A stretch of 64,000 nt of DNA, taken from assembly GCF_036321535.1 (NCBI RefSeq), contig NC_087436.1, positions 9,858,001-9,922,000 of the forward strand, written 5' to 3'. Positions 27,545 through 41,180 of the stretch are shown one piece after another. The position numbers and the translations under genes were made by a program. The stretch is from Camelus dromedarius (lineage: Eukaryota). Every line of letters begins with the position of its first letter. The first letter of the stretch is position 1. Below the pieces are notes generated by a model. It saw only the letters and a list, made by a program, of their open reading frames with translations, made no database searches and was not told the DNA's origin.

Positions 27545-28175
27545 AGTCTGTGAAGTTGGAACTCTATGATAGTTTCTCAAAAAATTAAAAACAGAATTAC
27601 CAGATGATGCAGCAATTATACTTATGGGAATAAACTTAAAAGAATTGACAGTGTGGTCCTGAATAGACAGTTGCACAGCCATGTTCATAGCAGCGATATT
27701 CACAATAATTAAAACATGAAGGCAACCCTCAAGTGTCCATTGACAGATGAAGGGATAAGCAGTATGTGGTGTACACATGCAATGAAATACTATTCAGTCT
27801 TAAAAAAGGAAGGAAATTCTGACATGCTACATAAGGGATGACCTTTGAGGACATTACATAAAGTAAAATAAGCAGTTGCAAAAACAAATACCATATGATT
27901 CTACTTATGTGAGGTACTAGAGTATTAAAGTAGTTTTAATCATAGAGATAGAAGGTAGGAGGGTGGCTGTCAGGAGCTGGGGAGGGGGAATGGGGAGATA
28001 CTGTTTAACAGGGACAGAGTTTCTGTTTTGCAAGAGAAAAGAGTTTGGGAGATGGATGGTGGTGCTGACTGCACAACAGTATGAATGTACTTAATATCAA
28101 TAAACTGTACACTTAAAAATGGTTAAGGAAGTAAATTTTATGTTTAGCATATTTTGGCACAGTAAAAAAAATGGA
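27545..28175 (+). mobile_element. Older L1MA/MB 3' fragment
   Basis: ORF2-end motifs and 3' UTR gagatggatggtggtg...actgtacacttaaaaatggttaa. Confidence 0.8.
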
Positions 28176-28282
28176 GTTGGGGAAGGTGATACAGCCCTTG
28201 GAGAAAGATAAACTTGGAAAGGGGCCTGAAGGAGTTTTAAATAGGATGGTAGAGAACTGAAGTTACTTAAGATTGCAGATTT

Positions 28283-28944
28283 TTAATTATTATTATATAA
28301 GCTTCAGGTGTATGTCATTGAGTTCAACATCTGTCTACACTACTGTGTAATCACCACCACAAGTCTAGTTACCATCCGTCACCATAAAGTTGAACTCTTT
28401 CTCCCATTTCACTCACCCCCAAACCCCTTCCCCTCTGGTAGCTATCAAACTGTTCTCTCCTTTATCTGAGTTTGTTTCTGTTTTAGTTTGATTGTTCATT
28501 GGTTTGGTTTTGTTCTGGATTCCACAATGAATGAAATCCTACAGTATTTGCTTTCACTATGAGTGAAATCCTACAGTATTTGCTTTTTCCTTCTGGATTA
28601 TCTCACTTAGCATAATACTGTCAAGGTTCATCTATGTTGTTCTCAAGTGGCAACCCTTGTACACTGTTGGTGGGATTGTAAATTGGTACAGCTACTATAG
28701 AAAACAGTATGGAGGTTTCTTAAATAATTAAGACTAGAACTACTATGTGACCCAGGTATACCACTTCTAGGTATTTATCCAAAGAACACAAAAATGCTAA
28801 TTCAAAAAGATATATGCACCCCTATGTTCATTACAGCATTACTGACAATATCAAAGATATGGAAACAGCCTAGGTGGCCACTGATGGATGAATAAAGAAG
28901 CTATGGGTATACATGTACAGTAGTTTACTATTCAGCTATAAAAA
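28283..28944 (-). mobile_element. 5'-inverted (twin-primed) L1
   Basis: Minus-strand 3' part 28283-~28653 joined to a plus-strand upstream part ~28654-28944. 14-bp TSD AAGATTGCAGATTT / AAGATCACAGATTT. Confidence 0.8.
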
Positions 28945-29024
28945 AAGATCACAGATTTCAATAGGGTGGGAGATTTGGATCTGTAGACATTCAGAAACTT
29001 TGGTTTCATTGTCATCTGAGCCTT

Positions 29025-29580
29025 TCTTTTTTTAATTGAAATATAGTTAATTTATAATATTATGTTAGTTTCAGGTGTACAACATAGTGATTCAGTTATT
29101 TTTTCTGATTATATTTCATTATAGGCTATTACAAGATACTGAATATAATTCCCTGTGCTACACAGTAAATCCTTGTTACTTATCTACTTTATATATATAT
29201 TATATATATCTACTTTGTACCAGTTAATCCCATAATTCTAATTTGCCCTTCCCTCCCTGCCTCTCCCCTTTGGTAACCATAAGTTTGTTTTCTATATCTG
29301 TGAGTCTATTTCTGTTTTGTATAAAGATTCATTTGTGTTATCTTTTAGATCCCACATATAAAGTGATATATTTGTCTTTCTCCATCTGACTTACATCATT
29401 AAGTATAATATTCTCTAGGTCTATCCATGTTGCTGCAAATGGCAATACCTCATTCTTTTTTATGACTGAGTAATATTCCTTCTTAGACCAATTGTCTGTT
29501 GATGAGCTCTTGGGTTTTTCCCACATCTTGTCTATTGTAAATAGTGCTGCTGTGAACATTGGAGGGCATGTAGCACTCCT
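29025..29580 (-). mobile_element. L1 3' fragment, followed by a (TG)n/(TA)n microsatellite to ~29660
   Basis: ttttttaattgaaatatagttaatttataat...ccctgtgctacacagta...ccatgttgctgcaaatggc. Confidence 0.85.
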
Positions 29581-32500
29581 ATATTGTGTGTGTGTGTGTG
29601 TGTGTGTATGCATATATATATAGACACACATCCATACATATATATACATCCATATGTATAGTCCTCTTTATTTGAACTAATGTTTTTGGGGGGGTTTTGC
29701 CTGAAAATCTACTAGTTTGACTTTACTACAGTTACAAAAGCTTTCTTGTAAGTAATGTTTCCATGATAAATCCTTTTCAATCCTATTTTTCCTTACTTTT
29801 CAGTGTCCTTATATTTTATGTGAACCTCCTATAAGTAGCATATCCTTGTTGTTGTCCGATACGATAATTTTTGTCTTTTAACTGGAGAAATTAGTTTATT
29901 TACATTAGTAACTGATATGTTTGGGTTCAAATCTATTACTTCGCTGTGTGTTAAGTATTTATCTTTATTCTGTATTCCCTCTCTCTCAATTAGGTCAGTC
30001 AGTTGCTCAAAATATATATGACTGAAGTTATCTCAGCAGGATCCCTGCACAAAGATATAAATATCCTCAGAAACAGAGAACTTGAACAAGTACAAAATCA
30101 GACCTTGAATGAAGCAGCATGTGAAATGAACAGCCAGGGGTCCAGAAAGGCCAGAACTGGAGAAATGATGGATGGGCAGCTTTTAAGGGGATACAGTAAG
30201 TCTTAAGAAAAAGCTAGCATCTGTTCAACCCCAGTATTGGAGGGACCTAGCACATAGGTGGGAAAGTGACCACAGATCAAGGCTGTAGTGAGTAAACACT
30301 GAGATTATTAATTCCTGATTAATTCCTATAGTCATCCAGTGTCTGCATTAGTCAGTCTTGTCTGCACATAAAACAGCCTCACGTTGCTATATCCTGTAAC
30401 AATAACCATTTAGGCTCACACTGGACACCACGGGGATCAGCCTCTGTGACTGCTTCCAAGGCAGTTCCACTCCATGGGTGTTCATTCTGGGGCCCAGGAT
30501 GTAGGAGGAGTGGCTACTTTGGGAGAAGTCAGAGTCACCCTTGAATAAGCATAAATAATGATATTTGAGATCTGGACTTGAACTTGTACTGTCTTTCTTC
30601 CACTTACATTCATTGACCAAAACAGGTTACATGGAGAAGACCACAGCCAAAGTACAGGAAAGTATCCTCCTCTAAAGATGGTATGGGGTTAAGGAACAGA
30701 TAATTGCAGATCTCAATGTCTAGCTAGAAAGTGCTTTGAAAGGACCCATCATTCTTTCCCATGCTTTTTGCTCATGAAGCAAAAAAACATCATCCTTGGG
30801 CTTCTAGACCTTCTTATTGACCTTTTTATTTTGGTCTTTATGAATCTTTCAGTGAAATCTAGAAAGCAGCTGGGTCCTTTCTTTTATGAACTTAGCTTGC
30901 AATAGCCTATCATAGATTTTAGAGCTTGAAAAAATTCGCAATAAATATTTGACTCCTTTCCTTCCTCCTCACCAGCAGGGACTTCTCGAGTGCTCTTGAG
31001 ATGCAATCAGCTCCATTTCAGTAGGCAATCTCAGCTAGGTTCCATTAAATGCAGAATCTCTTCTTGGGCTTCACCATGTTTGCAATTATCATATTTTGAA
31101 ATTGATTTATATAATAGGTATTAGAATATAGAAATTCATAAGATTAGGTGTAAGAATAATGCTTTAATCATTTCATTATTTTCATAACAAATTCCCAGTG
31201 GGTTGGAAATATCATGTAGAGAGTAAGACGGAGGCACAACCAAGAATGCACTCACGTAAATACAACGCATCATGCTGTCTGCTTGCCGAATACAAACCCC
31301 ACAAACATAAATCCTCCCCAAACAAGAAACACCTGAAGATGAGTAACAGCCAGATACGTATCTAAAAGAGCATGAATAAAACAAGTATCTCCAATCCACT
31401 GACTATACGTAGCAAAACCCAAAGTACAGGACAAGATGGCAGAATATTGGAGCAGCTCTCAGCAGTGGTGGGTGTTTCATCTTTACCTCATATCTTCAGC
31501 TAACAGGAATTCATTGCAGACAAAAAAAAGAATTGCAAGAAGGGATTGTAACAATACAGAAAATAGCACTGCGTTTTTAGAAATTGTGACAAAGTAAAAA
31601 AGACTCAATGAGAATTATAATTTGGTTGACCCAGAAAGGGGAGGTGTCACGGAGGCTGCAAAGTCACAAGCAGCGAAGACAGAGCACAACCTAAACACCC
31701 CGATAGAAGACGAAATAGAGAAGAAGCTGGGAGACTTGGAAAAAGGAAGAAAGAAAGTTGGGGCAGGGAAAGAGAGAGATGAGGGAGAGGGAGGGGGACC
31801 AGGAGAGGAAACAGCTCAGGGCAACTGTCAGCTGTAGCTCTCATGCCCTTCTCTGGATTTTTGCTTTGTCATTGTTTTTATTCTATGAGAATTTTTCTTG
31901 CTGTTTTGCTCTATAAAGAATGCCTTAGGAAATATATCCAGCATTTTGTATGTGCTCTACTGGGAAGGTTTCTCTGAACATTTAAACTCTTTGTTGCCAG
32001 AAATAAAAGTCTCTCCTTACGAAAATCTTCACCAAGTCTTAGGCAGAAAGGAGGCTCTTACAGTATCATACAGTTTCCAAAACTTTCTGGTCCTTGTCAT
32101 TCTGAGATGCTCAATTGAGATGCTCAGTTTTGTAAATCAAAGCCTTTTCTTTAATGATAATTTAAAGACATGGATTTGTAACATATATGTGATATCACAA
32201 CAAATTTTGACAATTGTTTTATTGTTCTCCTGACCTCTGTTTCTGTAGCAGCCTCTTTTTTTTTTTTTTTTTTTTTTTGGAACTAAGTAAGATGCGATCC
32301 ACAGCAGCCTAGAATGTAGGGATGGTCCCGAAGAACAATCCTAGGAATTTTTGGAGGAAAGTCATTTGGTCAATATTCAAATTTTATCCCACCCTGTGTA
32401 GTTTGGAGCCCCAGAATTACGAAGGACAAACTCAAAGCGTAAAGCATAGCTCATTCCTGCAGTGCCTTAAGGCCAGGATGAAGGGGGCAGAGAACTTTCT

Positions 32501-34746
32501 ACCGACTGTCATCACCCTTCTTCAAAAGCCATAGCTTCTTTGAAGCTGATGCACTTGGATTCACCACCCACCAACTTCCTTCATTTCTGCCGTAGTCTTT
32601 TTCTGGGTCATTCTCCTTCATTCATAGAAGACTTGAGATCCTCATCTTTCATACTGATCATTCATGGGGTAAATGCGTTGGCCTCTTGTTCTTTGATCTA
32701 ATTATCTTCAGTTTCCTTCCTCTGCCTTCCTGTTGCCAAGCTCTACCATCACCTCTCCTGTCCCAGACCCTATCCTCACCGCTACCTGCACCATCACAGA
32801 AATCTGTGTTTCAAGCATCTCAAGCTCTGGCCTGATCACCTAGCATTCCAGTAGCTTCTACCAGTTCAGTTTCTGCAATACTCCAGTCGACCCCAGTTCT
32901 TTGTACCTTTTCAATATCACTACTCCCTCATTTCTCCAATTTCCTCCTTACTCATGGTTGATGTTTATTATCATGTAACTTTCACACAAATACCAAAAAT
33001 CTTTTGTTTTCCCTCTGCTACCCACTTAAAAAAAATTCTTTGTTGAATCATCTATATATGCTCACTGATTACAGACAAAGAATATATACTCACATAACTT
33101 CACATAACTTGTAATAAAATACACTACAAAAATCTTGAACCAAGCGCTCAAACTGGTATTCAAAAATACCCAGAAATCCGATTATATTTGGCTAGAAGAT
33201 TCACTTCTGCCCTTTCTGAGATGACTCCTTCATAGCTTCTCTCTTCAACTTTCTAATGTCACTTTCTTCACTCACTTTAGTGTTGGCCCCACTTCTCACT
33301 TTATTGTAAAAAACACTCGACACCAGACAAAATCATAAAGCCACATGCCTCTATGGTCACAGTGTCTGTGTCTGCCTTCTTGCCACAAAGGACCGAGCGT
33401 TTCTGCTCCCCCAAAATGTCAACCCACCATGATGCTCTGAACCCTGCCTCCCCCTCCTCTTCCTCTCTCTTCTGCAGCATCTTTCCTGTCTGTTGGCTCC
33501 TTCTTATTCTTCCTGGTCCAGGTGTACTACGTCAGCATTGTCTTCCCATAACTCCACATCCTTCTCTGCCTTCCCTCTTGTGTGCTCCCTTTACCTGTAT
33601 CTTTTTCATTTCTCCCTTTTCCTTTATTCTTGAATCTGCTCACTATTCCCATCAAATTTACTGACATTGTTTCTGTAAAGGTCTCGAATGGTGTTCAAGG
33701 TAGTCATGTCAATGGACCACTCATTGGTCTTGTCTTGACTGGGCGCGCATCACTGAACACTCTCTCCGCTTCTTGGAATCATGCCTTGTCTCCTTCTACT
33801 CCACAGGCAGCCTCAGGAACCTCTGAAGATTCAGCTTCTCTAACCAACCTCTAATACTGAAGTCCTCAAGGCTGAACCTTCATCCTCGTTCTCATCTCTA
33901 CCTGCTCTCCTTAAGTAACATCTAGCTTTGTGTCTTTAAAAATATGTTAACTTCTACATGTAGACCTCTTGTCTTGACCTCTTTTGGAGCTCAAGACTCT
34001 CATCTAACTACCTACCTGGAATCTCCACTTGAATATTGAATTAGCTGGAGTAACACTTGCTGCCTTAACAAAAAATAAAAAACAAAATAAACAAACAATA
34101 ACCTTTCCACATTTCAGTGGCTTAATATAATAATAATAACTTCCCGTTCACATGAACAGTGCAATGCTGGGGGTTCCAAAGGCATCCTTCCTCTTGGTGG
34201 TGAGGTCAGTCGCAGACTCCTCCCTACGTTTTCACCCTTATCTAGGACCTGAGTGTATTCTGCCTTCAGTTCATGGGAAAGGAGAGGAGATAAAGCTCAT
34301 GCATAGCTCTGCCCAGAATGACACACAACATGTTCTTTGCTCCATTGGTGAGAACTCATCAGATGGCCCCTTGTGGATGCAACATGCGCTGGGAAATATT
34401 ATCTCTGGCTGATAATTATCACCAGCAATGATTATACTATGCAAAGGGGGAAGAGGAATCTTTGATGGACAGCTAGTCACTTCTGCCACTTTGGCACCCT
34501 TCCCACCAAACACACACCTAAACCCTCCTTCTCCTACACAAAATAGAGGTAGCCCCTCTTTGAGGGATGAACTCAAGTGCTTCACCCAGCTACTGCTTCC
34601 AGCAGGAGTGTGATTTCTTGTACTCTCACAACACGCAAACTAAAAGAAAAGTTGTCTCTACTCAGTCCCCAGTTTGACAACATTCAATACACAGTAGTGA
34701 AGCGGGCACAAAAAAATACTAAAAAACTCACTTTCTAAAAAGAAAG

Positions 34747-35587
34747 TGTCTGGAAAAATTTCTCTACACCAACAGAAGGTAAACTCATTTTTCTTCTACT
34801 CTATGCACCACTTCTGTCCATCAGATGTGTGGCATTTTACCTCCTGTTGTTCAGTTCTCCATCACCAGCTGGATGTCCTACAATTCAGTTCTGACCCTGT
34901 CTATCTGGAATTAAACTCAGATCTTATAGGTTAAGGGCTCAGGACCACAAGACTGCACACACTTCACATGCCAATTGCAAGTCCTGGGTTGTTAACCTGT
35001 GCTTCTGACCACTGACTATACAGCGGGGTTCCCATGACACCCATCTCCAGGTTGATGATTTGCTGGGATGGCTCACAGAATTCAGAAGGACACTGACTTA
35101 CATTCACCAGCTTATTACAGAACAAAGGATACAGATGAATAGCCAGGTGATGTCCAGAGGGCTCCTGAGCACAGGAGATTCTATCCCTTTGTAGCTGAGA
35201 TGCATCCACCTCCTGGCTCATGAATATGTGCACCACATTTGGGGGAATTTTTATGGAGGCATCATCACCTAGGTGGAATCGGTTATTAACTTCATCTCTC
35301 GCTCCTCTCTTCTCTCTGGAGGAGGGGGGATGGGGTTGGAAGTCCCAAGCTTCTAATCATGCTAGACCTTTCTGGTGACTGACCCCCATCCAGGACCCCA
35401 CTGACAGTCACCTCATTAGAACAAAAGATGATTTGGTCACCAAAGAATTTCCAAAGGATTTAGGAGCTCTGTGTAAGGTCTTCTATCACCAACATCACTC
35501 AGGAAATTACAAGGCTTTTAGGAGCTCTGGCCAGGACCTGGGGATTATGACCAAAATATCTATTTCTTAGTATATCACAATTTCACA
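34747..35587 (-). mobile_element. MER21-like solo LTR
   Basis: The reverse complement starts TGTGAAATTGTGATATACTAAGAAATAGATATTTTGGTC, like the recalled MER21 5' end. Confidence 0.75.
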
Positions 35588-36097
35588 GTAGGCATGGGAA
35601 ATGGATCAGCTATTGGTCCATAGCGATGATGAAAACCCGAACGCAGGTTCTGTGAGTTCCTTTACCCAGGTGAGAGCAGAGATTTCCTGTTTAGACCCAA
35701 ATTTGGTTTCTGGGAAGAGCCTGTTTATTCATTGTTCTCTATGGCCCATGTCAACATGGCCCAGAAATACCTTCTAAGACGCTCTGTCTTGTTTATTATC
35801 TTGATAAGCTCAGCTGAAGTGGATCTGGGGACCCGTGGCCTTCTCGGTGGTGTGCATCTTTTGCAACCTTCTTCCTGTTCAGATAAGTTTGAGAGCCCAG
35901 TGGTTGTTTGAAGGCTCACTGCATCAAAGGTAGGCTGCTGGTTGCCTTGGCAATACAAGCTCTCAAAATTGTGCAGGCTTCTGATCTATTTGTCTCCAGT
36001 TCCATGTACCATGACAACATAAAAATGTCCTTTCTAGACAATAGTTCTCAGGCCAGCTTTTTTTGTTTGTTTGTTTTCCCTTACCCAGTGCTTCTCT

Positions 36098-37088
36098 CTT
36101 TTTTTTTTTTTTTTTTCATTCTTTTTCATATCTTTTTCTTATAGGCTATTACAAGATACTGAATATATTTCCCTGTGCTATGCAGTAGAACCTTGTTTAT
36201 CTATTTTATGTATAAGTAGTTTGTATCTGCTAATCTCAAACTCCTAATTTATACCTCCTGCACCCCTTTTAACCATAAGTTTCTTTATGTCTGTGAGTCT
36301 GGTTTTCTTTTTTCGTAAATAAGTTCATTTGTATTTTTTTAGATTCCACATATAAATGATATCACATGATATTTGTCTTTCTCTTTCTGACTTACTTCAC
36401 TTAGACTGGTGATCTCTAGGTCCATTCATGTTGCTGCAAATGGTATTATTTCATTCCTTTTTATGGCTGAGTAGTATTCCACTGTATATATGTACCACAT
36501 CTTCCTTATCCAGTCATCTGTAGATGGACATTTAGTTTACTTCCATGTCTTTCCTATGGTAAATAATGCTGCTATGAACATGTATCTTTTTGAATTACAA
36601 TTTTCTCCTGGTATATGCCCAGGACTGGGATTGCTGGAACATGTGATAACTTTATTTTTAGTTTTTTTAAGGAATCTCCATACTGTCCTCCATAATGGCT
36701 GCACCAAACTACACTCTCACCAGCAGTGTGGAGGGTTCCCTTTTCTCCACATCCTCTCCAGCATTTATTGTTTATGGACTTTTAAATGATGGCCATTCTG
36801 ACTGGTGTGAGGTGATATCTCTTTGTAGTTTTGATTTGCATTTCTCTGATAATTAGCAGTATTGAGCATTTTTTCATAGCCATCTGTGTGTCTTCATTGG
36901 AAAAATATCTATTTAGGTCTTCTGCTCATTTTTTGATTGAGTTGTGTGTTTTTGTTTGTTACTGGTTTGTGTGAGCTGTCTATATATTCTGGAAATTAAG
37001 CCCTTGTCAGTCACATCATTTGCAAATATTTTCTCCCAGTCCATAGGTTGTCTTTTTGCTTTGTTTATGGTTTCCTTTGTTGTGCAAA
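36098..37088 (-). mobile_element. 5'-truncated L1 (ORF2 C-terminus and partial 3' UTR)
   Basis: Poly-T tail at ~36099-36116. ORF2-like [50 protein letters not shown] / CAATGCTTCTCT. Confidence 0.9.
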
Positions 37089-40000
37089 CAATGCTTCTCT
37101 TTTCACATGACAGTGACCACGTTGGGGCAATTTGAAACAAGACAATTGTATGGTCTCCATCTGTGATGGGCCTGCACAGCTCAAGCTTTTCAGTCATCAC
37201 ACTCATCTGCAGAAGTCAGTTCTCTCCAACCCTGAGAGGTCCTAAATCGCTAACTCTCCAATTCCCATCTAAGCTGATCCCTTTCATTGAATACCATGCT
37301 AAACGCATCCGGTAACAACCAACCCCCATTCTAACGTGACGTTCTGATTATTTTCTCCTGGAGCGGAGATTCTTAATGTTCTTTTTTTCCCATGGGCCCT
37401 TGAGGCAATCTGTAGAATCATTACTGACTTCTCAGAATGATATTTTAAATATATAAAGGAAAATACTGAAATCACAAAGAAAATAAACTGTATAGAAACA
37501 CTATTATTAAAAAATAGAAATAACTTGTAATGTAAATATGTGTTGCTGTACTAATGCACTTAATAATGGCAATATATTTAAAATAAAGACAAGTTACTGT
37601 TAATTTTTTTAAATTGTACCAGTATAAGCTATTGTTACTTGGCTTAGATCAGATGATAAACAGTGTGGCATCTTTTGATTCATTTTCCACATGTAGGAGA
37701 CAATCTGTATTTCACTGGAAACCATACACCACTTATATGTAAAACAGCCTTCTAGGCGATCTGATTCTAGCTTTTCATCGTCTCTGAGTCATTTTATAAT
37801 TCTTATACTGTGTATCTGATAAATATGCAAATTCTGTCCTACCTGGTAGAGATTTAATTGACTTTTTTCCAGCCTCCTTGTTCTCCCCCCAAAAATAGCT
37901 CTGTTTCCATTTGCAGTATGTTTTAGCATTGCCTTTACTTCACAGACGTCTGTGCTTTTTTTTGACTCTTCCTTTGAATTGGTTGTAACATCTGCCTGAT
38001 TCCCTCATTCAATGAATAGAATAAAATCTTCACATATTTCCATTTTTATATCTGCATGACTGTCATGATTTCACATTCTTTTCCTGAAAATGACATTTTA
38101 ATGTACCTAATGATCAACAGACAATTGTTGATAGGAAACACTGGAAATCAACACGGATGTGCATGTCACAGATAATTACATGCAACATACATGGGTCTGC
38201 CTCATGCTTCACCTGGGAGCCCATAGAAAGAAAGACTGGCTCCTCAGCCTTGATGTGATGCTACACATCATCGTCCTTTGGTCAGAACTAGTGACATGGC
38301 CTCACCTATGTGAACAGAGGCAAGAAAATGAAACCCCTGACTGAGCTGCTATTTACATTATAGAATGAGATCAAGACTATTTAATGGACAGTTAATATTT
38401 CGAATAAGGATACATGGTGGGTAATTAGTGGTCTTTGCCACATGTTATTAACAGATCTCTGAAACTTAATACACTCCACACAAGAACTTATGATACCTGA
38501 TTCTGTAAAAGAAATGTTTCCAGGTTGGCAATTGTTTTTAAAAATAAAGGGCCTTTTTACTTTTCACCTTTTCTAAAAAAATTAACTCTGTCCAGCTTCT
38601 ATCACTATTGAGGAATTAAAGCACTTCCATTACATTTCAGTATAAAGAAACTATAGAGAGAAAGGTGTGTCATATTCTTTAAAAATGCGTAAATGCTATA
38701 ATATAGAGTAACCCATGGCAATACAGCCAACTGTGAAATACACATAATCTTTGCAGCTTAATTCTTAGAGAAATCTCCAAACCACAAAGATGCACAGCAA
38801 TGAGTCCAGGGTGCAGATCATTTTTCAGAGCATAATTAGGAATCACAAAAGGGAAGTTTTCCCATCTATCCTGATTTTTTTTTTTTAACATACTGTATGT
38901 CTGTTTTCCTAATTGCATATGCTTAGTCCTGGAATATATTATTTCCCTTAGTTTAAAGTCAATCTAAATGTTAGCTGTAACCCAGAATATTGAGTTTAGA
39001 TAACATTTTGTGTAAGTGTAGTAGCCCTTTTTTAATTTTGAAGTTTGAGGTTTTACTTTGGAAGGATTTACCATATGTTGGAATATAAAAGGGCACATTT
39101 GTGTGTCTGTGTAGCCAGCAAAAAAGATCTCATAGCTTTATATTTTTTCCAGAAATCATTTTTAATTGACTATGGTATGGGTTTTCTTCTAATTAAACTT
39201 TATATAATTTGGGATTACCTAAAAGGCCAAATCAGGGTTTCCCAAGTGTGTTCCCAATGGACACTGGTTTCTCAAAGCGTCTGTAAGCATAATGTTTTAA
39301 AAAAAAGTTGTAGTAAAGTGAATTTGAAAATCATTGGCTTAAATCAAGTCAAATATGTTTCTTTTCTAGAGAACATCTTAGAGCCTTTAATATGTGAATG
39401 TTTACTGTGAATCATTAGAAAGAGTATTTCCCAAACTTATTTGATTAGAGATCCTTTCTTTTTCATGGCACAGCTGGCATTGTTAATTATCTGGAGAACA
39501 TTTTAGGGAGACTCGTTCAGTTTTGGGGGAGCTTACTCTTGGATTTCTCATGTTCCCATCATTCAGATGCAGTTAGAGTATATCACAAGAAGCCTGAACC
39601 AATCTAAGGCCATCTAGATTCTAGATAGTATGATCGCAAAGGGGTCTTGTTCTATGGCTTATCAATCACATTACAAAAATTATGACAATGTTCATTTCTT
39701 TTCCTTCTCCTATCCTGTGGGAAAACATTGCTACAATAACTAGTTATCAATATGTATTACAATACTATGGTGTGTGTTTCCTCCAAGAGGAAAGATCTTC
39801 ACGGACCAGCCACTTAAAGCTGTCATTGATGACCTTAAAGATAATGAGTATTGACTGTCTTTTAGATGCTAGGTATTTTTCTTCTCTTTTAAAAATGTTA
39901 TGTATTTTTTATGAAATCAGGCCACAAAAGTATTTAAAAAAAAAAACAGTTAATATTACTTGAGGCTAAGCAGAGTTTAAATATATTCACTGCTTTAAAT

Positions 40001-40115
40001 GTATTAATTTATTTAATCCTCATAACTACTTTACACGAAAGCACTTATATCATTCCTATTTTTTATGTGAGAAAGGTAAGACACTTACAGATTTTTTAGA
40101 CTTTTTCCTAAGACA

Positions 40116-41180
40116 TGCTGAAACTGAGCAGAACTGTCCCCACCCAGTACAAAGGTCCCTCCATGTCCCCTCCCTCTTGTTTGTAGAAAAGTTGAAGTCT
40201 CCCAGGTTTCCCTGAGTCACAAAAGAGCAAGTTCAAGAAGCTAATTATTAGGGCAACAGAGTCACAGATATCATAACTGCCACCAGAGGGAAAAAGCTAC
40301 CTGTGTGATGACCAGACTGCAGTCATGACATAATCTGCTCCATCTTGAGCACAACTGAATCTATGTTTAGCACAATTCCAAGGACTGTCCTCAAGAGAAC
40401 AGGATTAACACTTTTGCTCATAAATCTGTATATCTGTGGGCATCAAAATAATTGTAGCTCGCTCTTCCTGTCTATGTAAGCAAGTATCTAAACTGTCAGC
40501 AAAGAGATGCTACAGACCCACGCTGACATCTTCTACTCTGAGAACATGGCGCCCCAGGTCAGCATGAAGAAGTTACAGAAGACAAACCTTCACCCATAAT
40601 CCCATAGAAATGGAATAATGTTTGACAAATGGCGATTTGTAAGCAGGTTTTTACAGGCAGATCTTTGCAGAAAAGAGCTCTCTGCTTGCCTTCTTTTGTC
40701 TTGTCACTTTACTAAAGCTGTATTTTAACTAACCTCCAGCCCAAGCACACATTTCAAATCTTTTGATCACATAATAGTCAGCCTAACCTGTTGGTTCTTT
40801 CCGTTGATCAAAGAAGTAGAAATGAAGAATAAGTAATTAATGAATGACTAGATCTTCCCCCAGTTTCCCCTTCAGTAATCTTGTGAGCAAACTGTGTGAA
40901 CAAGACAGCATCCAAAGAAAGACCACAAGGAGTCAACAAGCCTGCACACAGTGGAAGATGGCAACAAATCTGATTCCCTACTGCAGTGATTAACTGAGGT
41001 TACTTCTCCTTTTTCCCTTTAAAAACTTTCAAGGCCAAGCAGAATCTTTGGAGTTGATTCCGGGACTCAAGTTCACCTTCTCCTCAGCTTCCTGATTAAA
41101 GCAACTTTTCTGTTCCTACCAGCATTTGTCTCTCAAGTATTGCTTTTCCAGCAACAGGCAGCCAAACCTGGGTCAGTAAC
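40116..41180 (+). mobile_element. Long (~1.07 kb) ERV1-type solo LTR inserted into a MIR
   Basis: TGCTGAAACTGAGC start and ...GGTCAGTAAC end, both similar to the 24936 LTR. TSD GACA/GATG. MIR-like flanks rejoin across it. Confidence 0.8.
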
